From positions 5,612,209-5,676,208 of the forward strand of contig CM082592.2 in assembly GCA_040954595.2 (NCBI GenBank): a stretch of 64,000 bases of DNA. The letters are read 5' to 3'. The notes beneath the pieces are model-generated. The model searched no databases and was not told the DNA's origin. It was given only the letters and a program-made list of their open reading frames with translations. This document shows, piece by piece, positions 39,901 through 52,897 of the stretch. The translations under genes were made by a program, and so were the position numbers. Each line of letters starts with the position of its first letter. Position 1 is the first letter of the stretch. This DNA is from Balanoglossus misakiensis. Taxonomy: Eukaryota; Animalia; Hemichordata.

Positions 39901-42900
39901 TGTCGAGATGCTAAGGCCAATGACACGACCCGGCAACTTCGGCCAATCGAACTGCATTTATTTTGAAAATGGTGTCAAAAAGTCGTGGCCTTGATCCAAA
40001 TCGCCTCTTTCCAGGAAATAGTTATCGGAACAAGATTTGGAGGGGGGTTAATATGGTTAAAGATAAAATGGCGTTGTTTGTATCATTTCAGACTAGTGTT
40101 TAATATCATGGAACCCAGTGTTACAAAGAATTGGTCGGTTTTATTCCCAGCCTGCACCCGTTTGCTAATAACTCTAACTATAGAAAATTTTCAGCCACAT
40201 AAACATCAAATGAACTAAGTCGAATATTTTATCAATAAAAAAACTTCACCATGCCTACACTGGGAGTTGGCCATTTCAGGAATGTCACAGAGAGTCACGT
40301 GAGTCGTGGCACCCCGCGACTTCTCGAACCCGCACTAAAGAGCTGTGCGGCCAGTTTCCTGACGTAGACAAGGATGCATGTTATTTGCATTGCATTGAAC
40401 GGAATTGTGGCCAAGCCAACCTACTTTTGAAGCGTGTCACTGGGATCAATATAAGGCTCCGCGTGAATATGTTACTACTGGAAGTACGTACACTGTAAAA
40501 GGCCCAAATAACATATTCGAGAAAAATTATAACCAACTATATTTTCATTGCAAAATCGAATGTAACGCATCAGAAAAACGTCAAATTGTTTTTAAAGTTC
40601 AGATTTGAAACCTGTCACCCGGATACGGCCCTGAACCCGGATTTTCATGTGTTTTAATGTACAACTTTGACACGGAACCCCGTTTTCAGATATCTGAAGT
40701 GGCGTCGTGTTCTCCAACGATAAAGACAATGAAATGTTTCATTCGATTTGTGGTGGGTTCATCAATTAGTGATTGATTGGTGTACAGGGTGTAAATGCTT
40801 CGTTTTCGTGGCACGTCCCACCAGTGTCAAGTATAAGCGAATTTTAGACGAATATTCGCACGAAACGTAAACGATATCTGTTTGAGTACCTATTTTTAGC
40901 GTTCCATAGCTTTTATAGCTTGCTTTGGTTTTGTAAGAGTTGTGTCTATGCTCTGCGAAATGATCACTATGAGTACTAGCCTAACAACCAATGGACCAGC
41001 ATGTTACCGTTATGCAAATAGCATTCTTACAGATAACAAATATTGGTAAACCCCTCTATCGTCTCTGCTGGCTTTCCGAAGGTGACTTTGCGCGGGAAAC
41101 ATCTGTCACAAGCTTTAGCACTAGGTTATGGGCAGCGTCTCTTTCGCAGACTGGTGATTCGCCAATCGTAGGCAAAGAAATTAAATAACATTAATTACAC
41201 CAAAAATGATTTATTCACTTTACTATGTTGCTGAACTTTTTCACACTCCAAACTTTTTACGTGTTCTCGGCGGATCGGATATTTGTTTTTGATTGTGGTG
41301 ACATTGAGGTGTTTAGCCTTGGTTCGATTATTCCATCATATCATCCAGACATGTATTAATGTCAACTGTTGCAAGGAAGTTACCGATTATCATGTATTAT
41401 TATTATTGTTATTAATCTAAATGCTAATACGAGGTCGCAGACAGTCGCTGGATGAGCTTTTTTGTCAACATCGTTGGCAATGTCATTTGTGGTTATTGGT
41501 GTACAAGGGCCACATGTTCGACTGGTTGTGTGCAGAATGGCGGAACGTTACAATCAAAGATAGGGACTTTCTTAGAATGATACAATCGATTTTTGTCCCT
41601 GACGGGGTAGGAGAATATATCTCGACGTCCTCTGTCACTCTCTAGTCGTGATAGCCCCCTTCCCGAATTTGCAAAACGTGAGTGTTCAATAACTGCTTTG
41701 TGGGTTTGTTTTAATGCGGACAAATTCAAAATGTTTGCGCATGCCCTTTGCCTCTTGCACTTTTACGAATGGTTGACAACTGAACGATGATCATCGATAT
41801 CCGATTTAAATATAGTAGTCCTAATCTAGATAAGGAACTCGAAGCAAAAAAATGGTCTGCAATTATCTATGTCAGCACCAATGACCTTTGTTACTGGAGT
41901 CCATCATTCGGGATGGATGGCTCGGACTTTTGTATACTCCGAAATTGGCAAATTTTATTTCGTGATATGATAATACAAATTTTGGTTGTAAATTACGCTA
42001 CACACTATACATGGACTGTGTATGGTTATTTAAACCGATATGGAAATTCTACACCTGCGTTTTGGTTTCTGCGTCCAATAGCGTCCTTCTGACATCACCC
42101 TTAGTGACATACAAAGAGATTGTGGAAAGACACGAAGAAAATGGCCGCATCTTTGCCAGAAATTCGAAAAGTTAGTTTTGGAGAAAAAATATGACTGAAG
42201 ATGAGTGTCCGAAACATGGACCAAATAACAACGTAACCTAGGGTGTTATTGATTTGCTTTGTAGTCAAAATATAAAGACATAAATTTGAAGGCTAAATGT
42301 GAATCAAATTCAGCTTAATGAGCACATTGGTATATACATGCCGTGCTAGTGTTTTGACACGTGACCGGTGGGTAATCTCTGTATGACAGCAGTCACATGA
42401 CTGTGTACATAAATAATATACGCACATTAATATCATAACGTGATAAACCAATATCAACATAGATAGGCGGCAACTTCCGCTCAAGTCGTTGTCTAACTAT
42501 AGCCAGTCATGACTTATACTATGCAAATCGTTGTTTGCCATTGGCGTGCATTGAAAATTCACGAGGTGTGATTCAGACTGTTTCATGTACACCAGGTATG
42601 ACTTGATCCGATCCCGTTATGTTCATATACTTGGACGTTGATTGCTGGCCCTATGTTCATGTTAACAAGTGTGTGTATGTGTGTTCTGAATGAAGGGGTT
42701 GGGCTGCATTCACAAACACCTCTGGAGGGGGGGGCGGGAGAATTCAATTTTTTTTACCGCTAATTTTCACATGCCCCCCTTCCGAACTGCCAATATTTTC
42801 AAATCCCCCCCTTCCGAACTGCCAAAATTTTGAAATCCCCCCCCCCCCATTTTCTTTCACAGAGCAAAACACATCACCTATCTATCTTTTAAAAAGAAAA

Positions 42901-45543
42901 ACAGCGCTCCCATGAAAAGAATTTGAAACTGATGTTTCCCCTCATCAGTGGGTATTAAAACTGAACATTGTTTTTATTTTTTAAGTACATTCTGTGTTGG
43001 GAGACATTGTAAACCGAAAATTGAAGGGGGTGGGTTTGGGAGGGGGTATCCCCCTCCCATGTAAGAAAATTTTCTAAAATACAGAGCTCAAAGCTGCATT
43101 TTAATGAACCCGGCAAAAACAAATTAACTCAACTACCGGTATGTTGGGGAGGACAAATTTAACCGTCGCCGCTCAAAGTTATCATGGGGTGGAGCAAGTC
43201 CCCTGACCTGGGACACTAGATAAACCAGTCAATGATTGAAAGGTGTTGAAGAATGGAGGGGGTGGGTGTGGGAGGGGGTGTCCCCCTCCCACATTAGAAA
43301 ATTTTGTAAAATAAAGGGCGCGAAACTGCATTTTTGTGGACTCAAAATAAATATTTAGTCGTTAAAGTTTTCAAGTCCCCCCATTTCAGTCCCTAAATTA
43401 TTTCAAATCCCCCCCCCTTACATACCCTCAATTTTTTCAAATCCCCCCCCTCAATTCTCCTGCCCCCCCCCCTCCAGAGGTGTTTGTGAATGCAGCCTTG
43501 TGCCCGGCAAGTTTACGACTTTGGAATGTTGGGAAGATTTACTGAGATAAGACAAAACACTTATGTACACACGGAATTACCGTCATCTGTTCATCGATAC
43601 AAATTTTCCTTCAGTCTAAGAGATATATCATGCTGAACTTCCGTCCCAAGACACGCTTGTATCAGTCTGCGATGACCACCACGCATCATGCATCACCCAG
43701 TTTGGAGATCCTCCTGAGGTTGACTCGCGCGTAATAATTTCGTGATAGAAAGTGGAAATTGTTGAACGAGGACTTGAAATTACCCCTTGGAGTTTGATAA
43801 AGATGCATGATTGATATTTTGTTTTGTTTTGTTTTCTGTTATTGGTGTGGAGTCGCAATGTTTCCATGCGCAGATCGCCGTACCGCAGTGTCGTATCAAA
43901 ACAAACAAAATACCCGACATACCCGAAACAATGTCAAACCTTGTCTGAAATGGCCGCATGTGAATGGTTTGAGAAATGTATTTCTAAAAGTATCACCTGT
44001 TCGACACTCTTCAAGTTCAAATCCCCTGTTCTTTAGTCTAAACTTTGACCTTTGTCTTATCAAGGCAAAGGTCGACCATTTATTCTGAATAGGGCCTACA
44101 ACAATGTTTGTATCTGTATCTGTATGCGTATTTGCACAGGCATATAAATATGAAACGAAAATTGTTTATACATATATTTCACGTTTCAATGTTTACATTT
44201 TATTTCTTACAATTGATTTATCTTGAGGCGTCATGGCTGACCTGTACCTGTTACAATCAAATAGAACCGTGTGTGGAGATGTCTTTCACTCGGACAGCTG
44301 GAAGAGTTTCATCAAATTTGTTCGAATGTATTACAACTGCTTATTTGAAAACCTGAGGCACTTTTAGTGATATAGTGTGGTGTGGTGATAGTCTGTTGGC
44401 ATGGCCGGTTGTATGTAGATTTATTACTGTAGACGCAACAATGGACAGTTACGTATACGAAGTTGTGAATACTGGAATTAAGCGTATCTTTCTCCCAGCA
44501 TGGTCTACAGGTGTACAACGAATATTAAACAGACGAGCGTCGTTTTCAGAAATTTGGCGATGTTCACTGCTGGTTTTGTGTGAGACACTCGAGCCACGGC
44601 GGGGGTTGCGTGTATCAAGGGTAAAGTTGATTTATGTAAATCCTCAAGATGTGACGTGACGTGTTAAGTAATGCCAAGTGGGCATTATCTCTTCCATCTG
44701 TCGGTTTGACATTTAGACTAGGTCCGTAGTTCTTGGTCATTTGGGTCACAGTGGAAAGAACAGAAAATACGGTGAAGACGTAACTTTGTGGTGGTGGTGA
44801 TTTTGTAAGTGATGTGCACATGTTCAAGAGAAATTTAAATGCCTGTTGGTGCATGTGTGCGGACTCGGTCAAACTGTCAATCAATCAAACGCCCATGGCC
44901 ATGCATGCATTTCTCATTGCAAAATTAGAAGCGGAAAGGAAATTTAAAAAAAAGTAACTTAATTGTGAATATTTGCCTTATTCTCATTTCAGCCTATCAA
45001 AACATAAGTCTGTCGAGTTTTTTGGTCGCGTGACTCGTTTGATGTTTTTCAAAATATAAAGACGACGTCAAAGTGTAACATCGTGTGCCACGTATCACGA
45101 ATGCCGGCTTCAGCTTTGGGGCGTGACGCGCGCGCATGACGTACTACTACAACCAAACATACACGCACCGGTGCGATGAGATGGGTTGTTTCAGTCACAA
45201 AGACGAAATTTTACGACATCCAGTCGATATAGCGTAGCAAGAATTTTGGTACAATAGCGCAAACGACAACCTGTTGCACTGTGCAGAACTCGTAGTACGT
45301 CGTCTTCCGAATGTAAACATAACCGGCGGCTTGTGACACTGATGACATTGTCATCTCTTGCCGGCGTGGCCACTTCTTCGAGTAACGACAAAAAAGCCAA
45401 AAGCAGGCAACTTTAAAATCTCAACTCACCGAATCCTGTAGCACGATAATCATAGGGAGACATAGTAGTGGCGTTAGCAGGATGATCTCTATGCTCCTGA
45501 AGTTTAAGAGTTCCCAACCGATGGCTTTGCCAGTCCACCCCAT
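33914..45543 (-). CDS. SLC13/DASS family transporter, paralog A (complete, 13 exons, 5.7-kb first intron)
   Basis: Exons 45430-45543 ([30 protein letters not shown]), 39463-39728, 38947-39082 ([13 protein letters not shown]), 37312-37412, 36896-37186 ([13 protein letters not shown]), 36394-36513, 35995-36120, 35639-35740, 35305-35402, 34971-35089, 34661-34822 (TEVTSNTA), 34390-34527 ([13 protein letters not shown]) and 33914-34123. All GT-AG and in frame. Confidence 0.92.
37061..37126 (-). repeat. 30-bp coding tandem duplication in exon 5 of paralog A ([20 protein letters not shown])
   Basis: gcctccccgtcgcctt[c/t]gacaccgacgctc x2 plus gcctcc. Confidence 0.9.
37466..38779. mobile_element. PIF/Harbinger (Tourist-like) MITE in intron 3 of paralog A
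   Basis: ~40-bp TIRs GGGAGCCGTCATTATTTA[T/C]GGCCT..GGGGGTCGGAGGAAT; TTA on both flanks (37463-37465, 38780-38782). Confidence 0.85.
38024..38594. mobile_element. ~570-bp foldback palindromic element nested in the MITE
   Basis: Arms ~38024-38255 and ~38363-38594 are near-perfect inverted copies. Each arm is itself a long hairpin centred on ccgaggccgcaggccgagg. Confidence 0.85.
42702..43497. mobile_element. MITE in intron 1 of paralog A (3-bp TSD, Harbinger-like)
   Basis: TIRs GGCTGCATTCACAAACACCTCTGGAGGGGGGGG; TTG on both flanks (42699-42701, 43498-43500); internal C-run subrepeats and two gggagggggt.tccccctccc hairpins. Confidence 0.85.
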
Positions 45544-48500
45544 ATTGAAAATGTTATTCCAGCCGGCTTCTTGCTCTGGTGTGTACTAGATCAACATGAC
45601 ACCGGTGGGACGGTAACGGTTTAGTACAGTCACATGAGTGGAAGCAGTTCATAGGTCACCTTTGGTGGATGCGCTGTATTTACTAATGATTCACAATCTT
45701 ATCACACGTACTGGGTGATGACTGACTAGAATAGAGATAATTTCGTATCTCGCGTCCGCGGGGCATTGACATATCTGTACCCGGTCAGAGACTGTTGCTA
45801 TCGTCTACACAAGACGGACAGCGGGGATCTAATGCCCCTGAAAGTGCATGAGTGCTTGATTGCATGGGATGAAGGACGCCGAGCGTCTGAAGGAATGTAG
45901 AGATCTGGGTGATAGGGGGATGCAAAGATGGAGACGGTCGTGTACATATTTACAGATGTTTGAATGGATGGTGGTGGTGGGTGATGATGGTGATCACCGA
46001 CTTTTGTACTTCATTTGTCTGTGGAGGAAAACACGCGGCCGACACAAATTCTCTGCTCCAAATAATGCTGTCTGCAGCTATATTGGTGTATGCGTCTCTA
46101 CAAGTATATCATACAATGTAGCTTTGTCGAAGTTTGTGTCTGTATTTAGGACTGCAGACTTGGTGGTGGTGGTGGTGATTGATGATGATGATGATGGTCA
46201 CTTTCACACTCTGGCAAATTAAAATTCTACACCATTTGAAATCGTTTAAGGAAAAGAAAAAAACACATTAACCCTTCAGGGTTTTCCTGGTGAAATCCCT
46301 TTTCGGTGACACCTGACTTTGAGGGTCATCTAATATAAGGTTATTTTCTAAATGACGGTCGTTATCTTCACCACATCAACGATATTTCCCATGATTCCCC
46401 CTTCCCAGACAAGATCTAGATCATGATAAAGTGATGTCAGACGAGCGGTACGCCCGGGTACCGATTACGCTACATATCAAAGTCTCACACGAGTAAAATC
46501 TGGACTTCTCGCGTTGTTTAAAAGTAAGTGCTGGTTGCACACCCGTGAGCGGCCAGCCAAATTAACATGGCCGCCATTTTGGAAGCACGTCACCATGTGC
46601 GCAGGTTTTTGATTACGTATACTAGTTTGCAGAACATGTCAACTTTGAACACCGAAGAGAGGAAAATGATGTCTATTTACATAACACGCATCTTGGCACG
46701 CCTATAATTCATGTGCAAATCCAAAGTCCACAAGTGCTAATTCTCTGCCACCCAAAAGATTGTCATCAACTTTAAACTGCTGAAAGTATTCGTGTATTCG
46801 TTAAACAACCACGCCCATTTGGCAGGAATTATAGTGTGAATCATCTCAGCCGCCGAAATTAAACAAATGGTCAAAAGGTTATGGACCTTCAAATACTCAA
46901 TACAAATAGGAAACGGTCACATGAGCATTCGAATCATAAATGTGTTGTATTCCAAAGTTTCAATATGAAAATGTCAAAGAAATATGATGATTGATTATCT
47001 ATTAAGTTATTTTGTAGATAACGATTTGGGCATTCTGCCATAACTAGATGCCTATATAAATTAATATCAAAAAGTTAGACGGAAGCTAAACATAAACAAA
47101 TCTTCATACATGAATGTATGTACGTACGTACGGATCGCGGTTGGACAGTTCTATAGACAAGGGTTATTTTTTTTTAAATGTAAACAAACGACACATTGGA
47201 GAACGGGTTCGGTTATATAAGTAAAGGGCTCACGATATTAACCCGGAGACCAAAATAGAACGTTACTTTATCTCATCACCTGTGCATGCACTTTTACACA
47301 GAAAGATTCGGGAATTTTTAGCTGCAGTTGTAGGTCGTTAGGATACGGCGCTTATCTCGTTCTTTGGTTCTATATTTACTTGCAAATGGCAACGAGACAT
47401 TTATTCACATATCCCCCCCCCCCCTCGTTGGACCTAAATCGGTCATTCAATGATAAACAAACAAAAATGTCAACAAATGTGTGAATCATGGATGCAGCAA
47501 TGTGACTGAGTGCTCGATAACAATGTTTGAACATTCTCCCAATGATTCCCTTACCACGGCCTGCATGCGGCGGTTAAATAAACCATTTGAGCGTCGAGAC
47601 GCTCTCTGACAGCTCAAACACTGGCTGTAAACAGTAGATTACTAAAACAAATATACATTTTTTATCAATTCAAACGCTGTGCACTGAAGTGTCAAAATGA
47701 TATTAAAACGACCCCGTTTCGTTCGCACTTTTTATATATGATCCGCTTCTTTCTTGACAACCACCTGTGCGAGCCACTGGCACAAGATGTTTTTTTCTCG
47801 AATGGATATCGGGCGCCGTGGCCTGCTTTTAAGTGTATTTTGGGAATGTCATTATTATTTTCATCGATGCTTTATAGCTAAATAATAAAACTTAATAGAT
47901 ATATCGATTTTTTTTGTTCGTATAAACCTATAAATTACCCGGTCCAGTGTATGGTACGGTACTTTACTGTAACTATGACAAGACGGATTACTATGTTAAC
48001 CCACAAAGTTAGTAGAATTCTCCGGGTGGTTGCATTTTGAGTAAACGTCTCGGCGAGATTTGAAATACTTATTTGGTTTCAGTGAATTGCTGTGGGTATA
48101 TGTGGAAATATTTGTGATTGACGGGCTTGACAGTTGTAATTTACGCATTTAAATTGTTCTTAAGATTATCAATCAGTGCGAACTCAACTCAGATGTGCGT
48201 CAAAGTACGAAATTTACAACCATGCATATGTAAATAAAAGAATGCACATTTGTTCAGATATTTTATTGGCTTTACACACCTTATAGTTCCAGGTCAAAGG
48301 ATTTCTTTTATTGGACGTATTATATTGGTATTATATTGGTATCCTGTCATATCTACAATTAATCACGAAACAAAAAGAGTATGGCGGTTGTCTGATTGAT
48401 GACATGACAAAGGGTGGACCTTGAACTTCATCTGTTGGCTGACGTCGTCATCGGTTGAGGTCCGCCGTTTCCGTACGTAGTTTTCTTAATGCCTCTTGTC

Positions 48501-49999
48501 GCCTTGTCCGTTATCTTCCTGTATGTCATCACGTTGGGACAATATACCCCAATCTTTTACCTTTTAAAGCAATTTTGTTGTGCGTATACTTTGAAGCTGG
48601 TTAGACCTCTTGATCTGGGCAGAGCATAGATCAAATGTTGTCATGGGTAATACAATTGTTCGCTATCTGTATCGGGGTGCTAAGTTCTAAATTTTAGCGA
48701 TCAACGACCTGAACAGCACACAATGGTGTCCTGGTTGGGTCACTTTGACCTTGCAAACAGAGGTCATCTAGAGCTTTTTTCCGCATGTACCTGTGTAATT
48801 TCAGAGTGAAAAAAACACTATTACTGTAAACTGATCATAATGTTCTTGGATTTGATTTTTGATATGAAACAATTAACGCGTCTCGAACAACACATAAACT
48901 CGAGACGTATAAAGTTTTACATAGTGTGCTATGGTAGCTTCTAATATTCCTAAACAAAATTTAATCGGTATCAAATTTTGTTTAAACATCAGGTATAAAG
49001 GATGACCGTCGTTGACTCTGCCTGTCACATGGGATGCAAGGTGCGTGGGAGTGACCAGAGTCAGGCTCATGCCTTTATAAAAAAGTAACAAATACTTGTA
49101 TCTTTGCCAAATCAGGATCTGCTATAATGATGATTAGACTCTGTACTGTTTGCGTCAAATCACTTTCCCATTTGGGAAACCCAGTTGATTGGCTACACTG
49201 TAACATTTTTGACAGTGAAGACGAAACGTGGGCCAGAAAATTAGAAATGAACGCAGCGAAGAAGTCACACGACTGAACTAGTGTGTAAAGTTCATCTTCA
49301 TTTTGAGCCTGGTTGGGATTGACCTTTGAACTTTGACACAATGCCCTGTTTTGAGTGAGTGGAGAGGGGTGATAATGCATTGCAATCAGTGACAAAAACA
49401 TGCAGATATCAGCATTGTATACTGATGGCCATACTGGAATTTAATGAAAGGAAAGCGCTCAAAATAGAGTACAAAATGCATGCAGTTTATTCTTTTCAAT
49501 AATTTCATAAATTTACTTGTTTACATGATGATTGTTACGTTCTTTCTAGCCTGATTGAAAAATCACTAACTTACAAACATTGAAAATGAAACACTCATAT
49601 ATCTCCAAACAACTGACAGTATAGGATTAATTTTTTTGTATTTTGTTCAATAATTTTTGCTGAGAGATATGAAAACTACAGGTATATACCGGGTACATAA
49701 GTTACCGGACAACAAAACTGACAAATTGACAATTATGTACATTATAAAAATCTATTTAAATCTATTAGTTTACATTATACAAACAGGACACTGAAAATAA
49801 TATGATTTGGAAAGTTAGCATAAAAAGTTAAATATATATCAAACAACAAAACATATACAGAAAAAAATCATATATAAATTGGAATATATGAAAATATTTG
49901 TGAAAAAAATGTAAAATTAAGAGAAATATCCCTAAAGCGTTATCAATAGACTTTTGCGAGTACATATACAGTGTAGCACCAACTCCATAAACAACGTTT

Positions 50000-51986
50000 T
50001 TAAGGCGAACTAAAAGTGCTGTCATAAGGACTATTGAATCCACTCGCTGGGCTGGATACGTTGGATATTGGACTCCGAGTATTCCGGAACTTCTCCAACA
50101 TTTTCGTGTTGAAGGCGGACAAGGGACTGAAACCAGACTGCGGTGAGGCCTCCAGTTCGCTCCTTGCGTTGGTTGCCGAGATCTTTCTCTTGCCGTTTGC
50201 TTTTTTCATTGGAGTTCCTCCTGGTGATCTGTTTGTATTATATATAAGAATACCAGCAAAATAGATGGAGTCAGATATGTTGTTACACATGTATTTGGGG
50301 ATGTCACTCACAACAAGAGTGTACAAAATCATATCCTGCAGTGTTGTATGAAATGGCTAGCATAGAGGACTACAGGTAGAACAATATATTAAGGAATCAG
50401 TGGACACAATCTCTGAAACCATGGGAACACAGTTGTACCCAGTGACTTACCTGAGTTGGGTGGTAGACTTCAACTTATTGTGACTGAACTTCAGTAATTC
50501 TTTGTGGAGGTTGGCAATTGAGGATCCGCCACTGGAAAATAAACATACAAGTAAAAGTTGGTGTCAGTGCTACATGAGGTGGATAGAAATTACAGTGTTT
50601 TCAGTGCAGGATATATGTCTCATTATGAAATCATCATTTGACTCGGAAAAGTATATGAAGAACTATTAAGATCATTGTTTCTTACCTTTTGGGTGTTCCC
50701 TTTTTTGCTTTTTTCTCTGCCTTTTTTAAACCTTCGGTACTTTTTCTTTTAACTTGAGGAGAGTTGATCTAGAAATAGAGTGCACTTTTCTTGAAACTAT
50801 TCTCATCAAAATGCAAACAGCAAAAAATGTATAATGACATCACACAACTGCCCTAAGCACAGGTCCAGCTTTCTTATTGAAACTAAAATGCCTGGTTTTT
50901 TTTTCAGACGTTTTTGTTTGTACAGTGGTGTCATGTGTATGAATTCCAAGGTTCACCTATTAGTACAATCAGTTACTTACTGTGTTTGTTTTCTCGGCAA
51001 GTGGTGTTGTTGAACGACCCGACTGTTGAGATGGAAGTGGAGGTGGTGATGGGGGTAGCAACAGTAGAGGTACAGGGGGAGGTGGAGGAGGAGGGGGGTA
51101 TCTGGGTGGGCCTGGGGAGGGTGCCACCTGCTGCTGTAGTCTGGCTTTCTGGCGTGCGTTCTTCAGTGCCAGTCTTCTGGAAAACCTTACGGGCGTGTCT
51201 TTTGTTTCTGTAAAAGAACACAGCAGCAGTTTGTATTTCCAGTAAGCAAAGGATCTGAGATTTCTGCAAATAGAGGGCGCACATCACACCACAACTAAAC
51301 AACACAAGATTTCTCAGAAAGCACTCACGTGAGCCATTTGATAATGCAACTGTATAGCGTGGATACCTACCCTGGCTGTAGTTAAAAGCCTTGACCATTT
51401 TGTCGGTCACCTCTGTCATCTTTTCGCAATTCTCCTCTTCTGTTACCTCCACTGCTTCCTGTCCTATGGCCACTAGAAACCGGGTCTGAAGTGAGATGAG
51501 ATTGTGATGTATATATAAGTCTCTGGTGTACACATATTGCAGGTAATAATTTTAAAAATTAATTCACTGTCAAATTACTGTAATCCTCTGATATGACAAG
51601 TGTTATTACCTTCAAGAATGAAAGTATGCCCCCATTTTCTATATCTTCTTGTTTTTTCTTCTTCAAAATCTCCTTGTAAATGTTTGGATTCTGTTCCATG
51701 TATGATATCAAATCCTATATACAGAAACAAACAAAATGTTATCAGTAAAAAAGTCGTGGTTCCTAGGAAATCCACCTTGAAATCAAACATCAACAGGCTG
51801 GGCTGTTATGGGGAGGAACACACAGGCGATCCTACCACACACAGAACTTGGGTTCAATTCTCTACTTACACCGAGGGCCTTCTCTGTAGCCTTGGATGTC
51901 TGCATCTCATATTCTTCATTTGTTACTGGAGTGCAGTATTGCCGACACACTGGTGTGGCCTGGTCAAACTCATCCATTGATTCCAT
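50000..51986 (-). CDS. Proline-rich protein, PRR11/MTFR1-like C-terminus (318 aa, 7 coding exons)
   Basis: Exons 51870-51986, 51610-51714, 51371-51485, 50981-51207 (polyproline), 50686-50768, 50451-50531 and 50000-50228. All GT-AG, phases match, 957 nt including TAA. Motif LKSTTQLRSPGGTP...MLEKFRNTRSP. In-frame TAA upstream of the ATG. Confidence 0.8.
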
Positions 51987-52329
51987 TTCGGCAACGTGTT
52001 ATATCTGGGGAAGACAATGCATTACCCATTGATTGTACATTCCATACTATTACTAGACAACAATAATAGTGCATTTTACCTGTGGTCGATGTGCCACTGA
52101 GATTGAAACAGTTTCCAGCATACTGGACATGTAATATATGCGACGAATAGCACAAACGATTTTGATGGAACCTCACCTTTCGTTGAAGACAGACAATCAA
52201 CACTGCAGTGGTTTTGTATGCCTTCGCTTCGAAAAAGATAACCAATTTTAAATCTTCGCGGTGAGACCACCTATCTTCATGAATGTACGATGCCAGGTAA
52301 ATAAACATTATCATTACTCTCCCAGTTGA

Positions 52330-52897
52330 CCATGTTGAGGCATTTTCTTACTCTAGAAAATCGCTTAGCCTATGAAAGATAAAAACCAATGTCCACGAAA
52401 TATCCTCATAAAAACTTTTAAGTCTCGAAATATTTCTCAAAACAATGTTATGTTTTAACGGAGAGCTGAAGGGCTCAGTAGGCATGTTCTCGACCTCTCG
52501 CATGCAATCTCGCGAGTCAGATAACATGTATCACGAGACATCCGGGTGAGGCGCGAAGGATCACTTCATATGTCCACCATTTTAGCGGTGGGGAAGCCTG
52601 TGTTTTTGCCGAAGCAAATCGTGCAACCTGCCCAAATTTTGGCTGGACGAGCCAAATTTTGGGAGTGACAGCCAAAGCCAGCTCTCGCTTGTGCATCGCT
52701 GCACGAGTTTTTCGAGACTTTTTGTCTTTTGCAACATCTATTTTCAGTGCAAGAATCCTTACTTTGCACGGAAATATTTTCTTCCTATTTCTGAGGTCAA
52801 CATGGAGTTCTGATTTTTACCATGAAGTCTGTGAAGCTCAGAGTCTCTCCAAAGTGCGGAGCGGCCGTTCGGTCATCAATATTTACCAATTTAGTTT
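52330..52897. promoter_or_regulatory. Putative bidirectional promoter / 5'UTR region between the PRR11-like gene and RNF10
   Basis: Head-to-head start codons ~910 bp apart; TCTCGCGAG (CGCG/BANP-type element) at 52508-52516 and variant TATCACGAGA at ~52529-52538. Confidence 0.55.

Noticed and set aside
48380-49401. Possible minus-strand exons (108-aa ORF 49075-49401 and a short KITDKATRG segment)
   Set aside because: No recognisable homology and no consistent splice chain could be built.
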